DNA of 64,000 nucleotides. It comes from Eubacteriales bacterium (lineage in GTDB: Bacteria; Bacillota; Clostridia; Oscillospirales; SIG627). Of this stretch, positions 1-7,504 are shown one piece after another; position 1 is the stretch's first letter, and every line of letters begins with the position of its first letter. The translations under genes were made by a program, and so were the position numbers. The notes beneath the pieces are model-generated. The model saw only the letters and a list, made by a program, of their open reading frames with translations. It was not told where the DNA came from and did no database searches. Where the stretch lies: contig JAZSAT010000015.1 in the NCBI GenBank assembly GCA_045602025.1, forward strand, positions 109 through 64,108, given 5' to 3'.

Positions 1-437
1 TTAAAAAGCTCGGCAAAGAGCATACGATCATTCTTTCTACCCATATTCTTTCTGAGGTTCAGGCGATCTGCGACCGTATCGTTGTTATCAACAAAGGCAA
101 GATCGTAGCAGACGAAAAAACCGAAAACCTCTCTCGCGCGGTAGAGGATAAGCATAAGATGACCTACAAGATCTGCGGTCCTCAGAATGAGGTGCTGAAA
201 CTGATCAAATCCACGCCCGGCGTTGTTTATGCAGAGATTTTGGGTCAGAGAGAAAATGAAAGCACCGCTTACCTTGTGGAAAGCGCAGAAAATATTGATA
301 TCAGAAAGCCTCTGTTCTTCGCCTTGGCAGAGAAAAGATGGCCTGTGATCGGCATGGATGTGGTTGGAATGGATCTTGAGGATGTGTTCCTTGCGCTGAT
401 CACCGAGAAAAACCAGAATAAGAAGGGAGGAAAATAA
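1..437 (+). CDS. ABC transporter ATP-binding protein, C-terminal part (5' end lies outside the window)
   Basis: Frame 3 is open from the window edge. The translation KKLGKEHTIILSTHILSEVQAICDRIVVINKGKIVAD is the H-loop/C-terminal region of an ABC ATPase. Its stop abuts the ATG of the permease gene at 438. Confidence 0.85.
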   Translation, partial: KKLGKEHTIILSTHILSEVQAICDRIVVINKGKIVADEKTENLSRAVEDKHKMTYKICGPQNEVLKLIKSTPGVVYAEILGQRENESTAYLVESAENIDIRKPLFFALAEKRWPVIGMDVVGMDLEDVFLALITEKNQNKKGGK

Positions 438-1142
438 ATGCTAGCAATTTATAAAAAAGAGATTCGCTCTTACTTTGTGAATCCCATCGGATATATTTAT
501 GTTGCACTTTTTCTTGCAATCTCCTCTCTTTTGTTCACATATACCACCCTGTATTCCGGTACTTGCGAAACAAGCGTCTACTTTACCTTCATGCTCTATC
601 TCTTTGTTGTCCTCATTCCTCTTCTGACGATGAGAATGATCAGTGAAGAAAAGAAAACAAAAACAGAACAGATCCTTCTTACTACGCCCGTTTCGCTTTT
701 CAGCGTGGTATTTGCAAAGTTTCTTGCTGCATTTACCTTGTTTGCGGGTACGCTTCTTGCTTCCTGTTTGAATTTTGTCGTTCTTTATTTTTACGGTACC
801 CCCAATACAGCGATTATGTTTTCCACCACGGTCGGTATTCTTTTGATCGGTGCTGCCTTTGTAGCGATCGGTATTTTTGTTTCCGCTTGTACTGAAAATC
901 AGTTGGTTTCTGCTTTTGTGACGATCGTTGCCATTGCTTCCACTCTTGTGATCGGAATTCTTGCAAACTATGTGCCCTTTACACCTCTTCGTGTGGTGAT
1001 GAAATGGCTGTCTGTTTTCGATCGCTTTTATGTGTTCACCTACGGCTATTTTGACCTGGTTGCGATTCTATACTATATTTCAATTTTGGTAATCTTTATT
1101 TTCCTGACCGTTCGTGTTTTGGAAAAACGCCGCTGGGAATAA
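438..1142 (+). CDS. ABC-2 family transporter permease (GldF-like)
   Basis: 234 aa, about 6 hydrophobic spans. It starts directly after the ATPase stop, the typical ABC-2 operon position. Confidence 0.75.
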   Translation: MLAIYKKEIRSYFVNPIGYIYVALFLAISSLLFTYTTLYSGTCETSVYFTFMLYLFVVLIPLLTMRMISEEKKTKTEQILLTTPVSLFSVVFAKFLAAFTLFAGTLLASCLNFVVLYFYGTPNTAIMFSTTVGILLIGAAFVAIGIFVSACTENQLVSAFVTIVAIASTLVIGILANYVPFTPLRVVMKWLSVFDRFYVFTYGYFDLVAILYYISILVIFIFLTVRVLEKRRWE

Positions 1143-1171
1143 TAAAAGCTTAGAATTAAAGGAATGTTTTT

Positions 1172-2695
1172 ATGGATAAAAAACTGAAAGAACAGAAGAA
1201 AGTATTTTCTTCCAGAAAATTTAAGTACGGTGCTGCCGCTACTGCATTCACAGTGCTTTTCATCGCTGCTTTGATTCTTGTGAATGCGATCTTTTCTGCC
1301 ATTGATTCCAAATACAGTCTTTATTTTGATTTGACAAAGGATCAGATCTTTTCTATCAGTGATTCTACTGTGGAAATGGTCGATGCCTGCCTTCTTGACT
1401 ATGAAAAAGAGCAGAAGGAGGATGCCAAGATCAAAATTTCCTTCCATAGCGCGAGAGACCGAATTATGGAAGATGAAATGAAGAGCTGGGTCGTGAATCT
1501 TGCGGAAAGCTATGCAGAAAAATACGATGAGATCACGGTTGAGTTCAATGAAGATCTGAATTCTCATCCTGAAAAGTATTTGTATTATAAGGATCTTGGA
1601 TATGATATCAACAGCAATACCATTATCATTTCCAATTCCAAGGCAAAGGGAGCTTTTCGATACCTAACCTTTGATTCCTGTCTTGTATATGACGAAGCAG
1701 GGGAGAATGTATGGGCTTTCCAGGGCGAAATGAAGTTCAATGCTGCACTTCTTTATATTACCTCTCGAAAGAGCCCTATCGTTACCTTTACCGCAGGTCA
1801 CGGAGAATCGGTTCCCGAGGCACTTACTACGACCTTTACCAATTGCGGTTTTACCATTGAAACGGTGGATCTGACTCGCGATGAGATCAGCGAAGATTCC
1901 AAAATGCTGATCATGTGCAACCCCCAAAAGGATCTTACTTATTCCGAAAGCGATACTGCCGTTACGGAGTATACAAAGATCTCCGATTATTTGAACGATT
2001 ACCGTTCTATGGTGGTGATCGGTTCTCCCACAATGCCCGAGCTTCCTGTTTTGGATGAGCTTCTCGCTGATTTCGGATTGGAGCTTGTTCGCAATCAGGT
2101 AGTTATGGATGACATTCATTGTCATACCCAGAACAACCGTATGATCTATACCAATTATGAAAAAAGTGAAACGGTAGCCGGTGCGTTGACCAAATCCCTG
2201 ACCGATCTTTCCAATCCTCCCAGAACCATTTCCTTCGATTCTGCTCCCATTCGCATCCTTGACGAGGGAGACGGAAAGGTTACCATTGTTGAACCTGTTT
2301 TGACCAGTTCTGATAATTCCTATGTGGAGCTTATCACTGAAGAGGGAACAAAGAAGGAAAAAGGTCCCTTTAACCTGATGGCAATTTCCACCCGCTTTAC
2401 CTATGTGGATAACACGGAGACTTACGGACATCTTTTGTTGATCGGTAGCCAGAATTTTACCGAAACTAATGCATTCCGTGAGCAGTTTGGTAATACGGAT
2501 ATTGTCCATAATATGATCCGTCTGTTGTCGGACGAGGATATTGCAATGGAGACCCATTACAAGGTGCTTGAGGATTACACGATCGATATGGAGAGCGGTG
2601 CAGTTTATGTTTACGGCATCGTAGCGGCGATCGTAGTTCCTTTGGCGATCTTTGCTTTGGGTACGGTTGTATATATCAAGAGAAAGCATATGTAA
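1172..2695 (+). CDS. GldG-like ABC-transport auxiliary protein
   Basis: 507 aa with an N-terminal and a C-terminal TM helix around a large soluble domain. It has a VTFTAGHGE motif like the ABC_transp_aux/GldG family and follows the ABC-2 ATPase and permease. Confidence 0.6.
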   Translation: MDKKLKEQKKVFSSRKFKYGAAATAFTVLFIAALILVNAIFSAIDSKYSLYFDLTKDQIFSISDSTVEMVDACLLDYEKEQKEDAKIKISFHSARDRIMEDEMKSWVVNLAESYAEKYDEITVEFNEDLNSHPEKYLYYKDLGYDINSNTIIISNSKAKGAFRYLTFDSCLVYDEAGENVWAFQGEMKFNAALLYITSRKSPIVTFTAGHGESVPEALTTTFTNCGFTIETVDLTRDEISEDSKMLIMCNPQKDLTYSESDTAVTEYTKISDYLNDYRSMVVIGSPTMPELPVLDELLADFGLELVRNQVVMDDIHCHTQNNRMIYTNYEKSETVAGALTKSLTDLSNPPRTISFDSAPIRILDEGDGKVTIVEPVLTSSDNSYVELITEEGTKKEKGPFNLMAISTRFTYVDNTETYGHLLLIGSQNFTETNAFREQFGNTDIVHNMIRLLSDEDIAMETHYKVLEDYTIDMESGAVYVYGIVAAIVVPLAIFALGTVVYIKRKHM

Positions 2696-2705
2696 TGAGG
2701 AAACT

Positions 2706-4358
2706 ATGAAAGAGATAAGCAATCAGGAAAAGAAATTTTCCTTGTTAAAAATTTGGCAGGATAAAAGGCTCCGAGCGATCCTCATTTCTTCGGCAATCAT
2801 TTTGATCTGTGCGCTCATCTATGTGGTTCTTCTTTTCACAGTACTGAAAACGGAAGAAAAAGAAGTTTTGCCCACAGAAGGTAATCACGGGGAAGAAATG
2901 GTCAACGGCCGTCCCTTTGTTATTGATCCTGTTGAATCTGACCGTATTTTAAGCATTGATGTGGAAAATGAATTCGGCGGATTCCGTTATTATCTCGGCG
3001 ATGATGATCAGTACTACTTTGAAAATGCAGAATTTATGTTTTATGATCAAAACACCGATTTTACGGATGAAGAAGCAAGTAACCCTACCGATGTTTTAAG
3101 CAGTCTTTCTATGGTGGATTCCCTTGTGAGCCTGGCTCGTTATATGCTTGCCACTGAAGAAGTTGTAGGTTACGACAAGGCCAATCTTTCAGCCTACGGT
3201 CTTGAGGGAAGAGGGCAAGCAGCCATCACCTTAACTTACCTTAATGAAAAGGATGAAGAGGTATCCAAAACAGCTTTTATCGGTAAGCCTACTGTTTCCG
3301 GAAGCGGATATTATGTAATGGCTGAAGGTAGAGAGGCCCTTTACATCGTTGCTGACAATTACCTGTCAAAATGTATCTTTACCGATGTGAAGGCTTATCT
3401 TTTACCTCGCGTTGCACTTCCGGCTTCTTCCACGGAATATACCGATGTAAAAGAGCTTGTAATCAAAAAGAAGGGAGAGGTGTTTGCTTCCCTTCGTGAT
3501 CTGACCGATGAAGAATATAAAGAGGCAGGCGAACTCTTCACTCATGTATTCACGCATCCGGAAGGATATTATCCCTCCACGGAGAATTTGCAATCTCTCC
3601 TTGAAACCTTTGTTTCCTTCAGCGGAGAGGAAGTAATTGAGTATGATATTGCAAAAAGACTTTCCGATCCCGAGCAAGCACAAGGGATGCTGGATCTTTT
3701 CCATCACTATAGTCTGATGGATGCGGAAAATCGCTGGAATTATGAATTGTATTATCAGTATAAAGATTTTGACACAACTCTTTATATCAGCGAAAAATTG
3801 GAAGTAACCTCGGATCAAGATGGCGAAAATGCTGAAAAACATTATATTTACTATATTTATTCACCCGATTTCGATCTGATTGCGGAATTTGATGCTACAG
3901 AACTGAAATGGGTTGAATGGGATATGCTTGATCTTTTGGATAATCATTCCTTCTCCGTTCCCATCGACAATGTATCTTCAATGGAGTTTTCCTTTGAAGA
4001 TACCTATGCAAAGTTCTCCCTGCAAGGAGAAAAGGACGGCCTCAAGGTTACCTCCTCAAGCGGTGTGAAGGTTGATACTGATAACTTCCGTCAGCTTTAT
4101 AAAGCAGTCCTCTTTACCACAATGGACGGATATGCCTCTAAGCCGGAAGAAGCGGATGAGATCTTAAAGCTTAATATTGTTTTGCGTGATGGTAATGAAT
4201 ATCATTATGTGTTCTACGGAATGACCGCTCGCAAGGCCTATTATTCTCTGAATGGCAGTGGAGAGTTTTACATTAACCGTGATTATGTAAAACAGATGAT
4301 GACTGCCTGCAACGACATCTTGAGCGGAAAAACCGTGATAGTTGACCGCAAAAACTAA
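2706..4358 (+). CDS. DUF4340-like membrane-anchored protein, last gene of the Gld-like ABC operon
   Basis: The ORF track starts at 2652. I prefer the ATG at 2706 (MKEISNQ), which lies after the stop of the upstream gene. It has one N-terminal TM helix. The position after a GldG-like gene is typical of DUF4340; the family assignment is from memory. Confidence 0.5.
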   Translation: MKEISNQEKKFSLLKIWQDKRLRAILISSAIILICALIYVVLLFTVLKTEEKEVLPTEGNHGEEMVNGRPFVIDPVESDRILSIDVENEFGGFRYYLGDDDQYYFENAEFMFYDQNTDFTDEEASNPTDVLSSLSMVDSLVSLARYMLATEEVVGYDKANLSAYGLEGRGQAAITLTYLNEKDEEVSKTAFIGKPTVSGSGYYVMAEGREALYIVADNYLSKCIFTDVKAYLLPRVALPASSTEYTDVKELVIKKKGEVFASLRDLTDEEYKEAGELFTHVFTHPEGYYPSTENLQSLLETFVSFSGEEVIEYDIAKRLSDPEQAQGMLDLFHHYSLMDAENRWNYELYYQYKDFDTTLYISEKLEVTSDQDGENAEKHYIYYIYSPDFDLIAEFDATELKWVEWDMLDLLDNHSFSVPIDNVSSMEFSFEDTYAKFSLQGEKDGLKVTSSSGVKVDTDNFRQLYKAVLFTTMDGYASKPEEADEILKLNIVLRDGNEYHYVFYGMTARKAYYSLNGSGEFYINRDYVKQMMTACNDILSGKTVIVDRKN

Positions 4359-4365
4359 TAAAAAA

Positions 4366-4388
4366 GGAGCAGAATTTCTGCTCCTTTT
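4366..4388 (+). terminator. Rho-independent terminator of the ABC-2 operon
   Basis: GGAGCAGAA-ttt-CTGCTCC stem-loop followed by TTTT. Confidence 0.7.
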
Positions 4389-4396
4389 AATTATAA

Positions 4397-4420
4397 AAAG
4401 CACTCCCAAGGAGTGCTTTT
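4397..4420 (-). terminator. Terminator of the DUF4886 lipoprotein operon
   Basis: AAAAGCACTCC-caa-GGAGTGCTTTT hairpin just 3' of the minus-strand stop at 4424. Confidence 0.7.
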
Positions 4421-4423
4421 ATT

Positions 4424-5431
4424 TTATCGATACTGTGCTACTGCATTGTGTGCGGCGTTTTGCAGGACGGTGATCTTTTCCTCGCTAAGCTCATAATTGG
4501 GACGCCAGGTGTTTCCAACGCAGCTTTTTCCGGTTAAAAATTCAAACCAAACACAAGCGTTAAGATACTGTCCGCCTCCGATATCGCCATCGTGGGACAG
4601 ATCGTCAGGTTTTCCGTTGCGCAGACAAAGCTGATTGCCTATTACGGGATTATATCTTGCATCCAGCCAAGCTACACCGGAAGGAACAATGGGGAGATTA
4701 AATTCGTTTCTGATTTCTTTTGAAACTGTGATCTTTGCCTGTTGATAATTAACCTCATCTTCTTTTGTTTTCATATAGAAGCCTTGGGGTTCGTTGGCAA
4801 ATCCTACTTGCGGAACCCAAGTGCAGTGCCAGACAAATTGCGTCATAGGGAACTGCTCTTTAATAAATCCAAGCAGATAACCAAGATATGCCTTTTCCCC
4901 GCGAAGTCCGTCAATTCCGCCGACTCGGTAAGTGCGCCCGCCTTCCTGGAAGGAGATTATATCCCAATTCTCCTTTTTCAAGGTGGAGGTAAGAGAGATG
5001 GCCGGGCTTACCTTCTTTCTGCCGTTGGAATTGGTTTGATACAGTTCACAAGCAGTCGATTTTTGAGTGTGCCAATTCCAATGCTCTCTCATTTCAGCAC
5101 CGGAGGCGTACAGATTGTAGATATTTAGCTCGATTCCTGCTGTCCTGGCAATTTCATAAAGCTCGTCTACATAGTAATAGCAGTAGCTGTTACCGATCAT
5201 CAGGATATTCATTTTGTTATCGACTCTCGGATCTTCTTTTTGCATAATTTTCTTTTCTTCAGGTTCTTCTTCCTTAGTTTTAGCTTCTTCCAGGTGCTTT
5301 TTTGTCGTTGTTGTTACTTTGGTGGTTCTTTCTTTTTCTTCATGAGGCGGTTCACTCAGAGAGGGTGAACAAGCAGAAAGAAGCATAGAAAGGATCAGGC
5401 AGAGAATGATAAGTAGATTTGTTTTTTTCAT
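4424..5431 (-). CDS. DUF4886 / SGNH-hydrolase-type lipoprotein (paralog 1)
   Basis: Lipobox signal peptide (LLSAC). E/K/T-rich linker. Motifs MIGNSYCYYY (block I Ser), NWDIISFQEG, HCTWV, IVPSGVAW, DLSHDGDIGGGQYLNACVWFE (DxxH), NAAHNAV. Confidence 0.8.
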   Translation of the reverse strand: MKKTNLLIILCLILSMLLSACSPSLSEPPHEEKERTTKVTTTTKKHLEEAKTKEEEPEEKKIMQKEDPRVDNKMNILMIGNSYCYYYVDELYEIARTAGIELNIYNLYASGAEMREHWNWHTQKSTACELYQTNSNGRKKVSPAISLTSTLKKENWDIISFQEGGRTYRVGGIDGLRGEKAYLGYLLGFIKEQFPMTQFVWHCTWVPQVGFANEPQGFYMKTKEDEVNYQQAKITVSKEIRNEFNLPIVPSGVAWLDARYNPVIGNQLCLRNGKPDDLSHDGDIGGGQYLNACVWFEFLTGKSCVGNTWRPNYELSEEKITVLQNAAHNAVAQYR

Positions 5432-6384
5432 TTTGTCTCCTTTGCACTTTCTACTGCTTTGTGAGCAGCTTCCTGAAGTGCCGCAACTTTTTCTTCGCTC
5501 AGATCATAATCGGGTCGCCAGGTGTTTCCAACACAACTTTTTCCGGTTAAAATTTCAAACCAAACGCAGCCGTTTAAGTATCTTCCGCCGCCGGTATTAC
5601 CGTCGTGACAATAATCACCCACCTTACCATCCACATGGCAAAGAGTATCGCCGACTCTTGCATCTGATCTCGCAAGCTGCCAGGCATCTCCAACGGGGAT
5701 TCTTTGAAGATCATATTTTTTGCAAAGGGAGAGAGCTACATCACGGGTTACAGTGTGCTGTATTTCCTGAGCTTCTTTTGTCAAAATAGAGCCGTTTGCT
5801 CCTGAGTAACCCACTTCGGAAGCCCATGTTTGATGATACATATAAGTGCTTTTTGGGAATTGCTCGCGGATCAATTTCATCAGATCTCTCATGTAGGGCT
5901 CGAGTTCACTAAAAACAAGATCTCTGTCCAAGGAGCGAACAGGGTTGACCGCCTCTTGCATGGTGATCACATCCCAATTTTCCTTGGATAAGCACTGCAT
6001 AAGATTACAGTTGTTATTGATCATTTTTCTGCCTGTGCTATCAGTTTTAAAAAGCTGATAGGGTGTTTCATTGAACTTTTCAAACTGCCAATGTTGGCTC
6101 AGTCTGCAGCCGGAGTAATAAACATTGTATATATTCATTTCAATGCCTTCTGCTTTTGCGATCTGATACAATTCATTGGTATAATAATAGCAGGCGGAAT
6201 TTCCGATCATTAAAATGTTGAAAGCAGAGTCTTCTGAAGGATCCTCTTTTTGAAGGATCTTTTCAGCAGTTTCTTTTTCTTCCGGCTTGACAACCGGCTC
6301 CTCAGCATCTTTCAGTGAACTTGAGCAGGAACAGAAAAGAAGCGTGAGGAGTAACAGCAAAGAGAAAAAACGCATAATTTTCAT
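5428..6384 (-). CDS. DUF4886 / SGNH-hydrolase-type lipoprotein (paralog 2)
   Basis: Lipobox (LFCSC), E/K-rich linker, and the same motif set (MIGNSACYYY, NWDVITMQE, HQTWA, DYCHDGNTGGGRYLNGCVWFE). Its stop overlaps the paralog 1 start by 4 nt. Confidence 0.8.
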   Translation of the reverse strand: MKIMRFFSLLLLLTLLFCSCSSSLKDAEEPVVKPEEKETAEKILQKEDPSEDSAFNILMIGNSACYYYTNELYQIAKAEGIEMNIYNVYYSGCRLSQHWQFEKFNETPYQLFKTDSTGRKMINNNCNLMQCLSKENWDVITMQEAVNPVRSLDRDLVFSELEPYMRDLMKLIREQFPKSTYMYHQTWASEVGYSGANGSILTKEAQEIQHTVTRDVALSLCKKYDLQRIPVGDAWQLARSDARVGDTLCHVDGKVGDYCHDGNTGGGRYLNGCVWFEILTGKSCVGNTWRPDYDLSEEKVAALQEAAHKAVESAKETK

Positions 6385-6385
6385 A

Positions 6386-7393
6386 TCAGTTTCCTTTCGA
6401 TTCTTCTACAGCACGATGAGCTGCTTCTTGTAAAACAGAAATCTTATCTTCGCTGATACCGTATTCGGGACGGTAAGAATTTCCGATGCAGCTTTTCTCG
6501 GTAAGAATCTCAAACCAGGTGCATGCATTAAGATACTGACCACCGCCGATATCGCCGTCATGGTATTTGTCGTTTTTATTGACACTTTGACATAAGGTAT
6601 CGCCGATCTTTGCGTTTTGTCTTGCGATCTGCCAAGCATCACCGGAGGGTATTCTTGTCAGGGGAAGGGTTTCACAGAGCTTTAAGGAAACATTTCTGAC
6701 AGACTCATAGCAAGCAGTTTGTTTTTCTTCGGTTAAAACCTTTTTGTTCTCTTCAATGGAGGCGGGATCGGAACCGGCGGGACCTTGGTATCCAACCTCA
6801 TACCCCCAGGTCTGCTGCCACAGAAGCTTTGCTTTCGGGAATTTTTTTTGCAAAAGCTGGGTGAGAAGCTCTGCATAAGGTGTACAGGTTTCCATAGAGG
6901 CATCGTAAAATTCGCCAACGCTGGGATCAAAGTGTTGCTGAAGAGAAATAAAGTCCCAATTTGCTTTGGAAAAACAGTAATCTAAATTTACATTGTTTTC
7001 AGAAGATCTGGAAGGTAGATCGGTGGAACAGGAGTAGAGGGTATATTTCTTTTCCTTTGTATAATACCATTCCCAGTGCCATTGAAGTCTGCAGCCGGAG
7101 TAATAAACCGTGTAAAGACGCATAGGGATATTATGCTCTTTTGCAAGACCGAGGATCTCGTCAGGGAAGTTTGTGCAGAAGCTGTTGCCGATCATCAGCA
7201 CGCATAACTCGCCGTCTTCTGCGGGATCTTCCACAGTATCCTCTGGTTTTTCTGTTTTGGTTGCTTCGGTTTTGATCTCCTCTTTTTCTTCTTCCACAGG
7301 CTCCTCCGGGAGGCGGGAACAAGAGATCAAATTAATCGGCAATAAAAACAGGAGTGCAAGGATCAAAGCAAAAAATCGTGTTTGAATTTTCAT
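6386..7393 (-). CDS. DUF4886 / SGNH-hydrolase-type lipoprotein (paralog 3)
   Basis: The ORF extends to 7480, but the ATG at 7393 (MKIQTRFFALILALLFLLPINLISC) gives a lipoprotein signal peptide and is preceded by GGAGGA. Same motif set (MIGNSFC, NWDFISLQQ, QQTWG, DKYHDGDIGGGQYLNACTWFE). Confidence 0.8.
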   Translation of the reverse strand: MKIQTRFFALILALLFLLPINLISCSRLPEEPVEEEKEEIKTEATKTEKPEDTVEDPAEDGELCVLMIGNSFCTNFPDEILGLAKEHNIPMRLYTVYYSGCRLQWHWEWYYTKEKKYTLYSCSTDLPSRSSENNVNLDYCFSKANWDFISLQQHFDPSVGEFYDASMETCTPYAELLTQLLQKKFPKAKLLWQQTWGYEVGYQGPAGSDPASIEENKKVLTEEKQTACYESVRNVSLKLCETLPLTRIPSGDAWQIARQNAKIGDTLCQSVNKNDKYHDGDIGGGQYLNACTWFEILTEKSCIGNSYRPEYGISEDKISVLQEAAHRAVEESKGN

Positions 7394-7420
7394 AAAAGAT
7401 TCCTCCAATTTGATACAATT

Positions 7421-7449
7421 AGTATATCTTTTTCTAAGGAAAAAGTCAA
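7421..7449 (-). promoter_or_regulatory. Sigma-70-type promoter for the three-lipoprotein operon
   Basis: On the minus strand: TTGACT (7444-7449), 17-nt spacer, TATACT (7421-7426), about 28 nt upstream of the ATG at 7393. Confidence 0.55.
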
Positions 7450-7461
7450 TGAAACAAGCAT

Positions 7462-7500
7462 AAAAAAGGAACCAAAGCAAAAGCTTTGGTTCCTTTTTTT
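7462..7500 (-). terminator. Terminator after the 1467-aa gene (symmetric A/T flanks, potentially bidirectional)
   Basis: GGAACCAAAGC-aaaa-GCTTTGGTTCC flanked by an A-run and a T-run, directly 3' of the stop at 7505. Confidence 0.75.
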
Positions 7501-7504
7501 CTTT

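Noticed and set aside
6386-7480. N-terminal extensions suggested by the ORF track: 7394-7480 here, and likewise 2652-2705, 14843-14905, 14911-14991, 18000-18080, 33503-33592, 34159-34215, 45248-45310 and 61459-61473.
   Set aside because: In each case an internal start gives a canonical signal peptide or conserved N-terminus and has a Shine-Dalgarno sequence at proper spacing. The extension, by contrast, overlaps an upstream gene, a promoter or a terminator.
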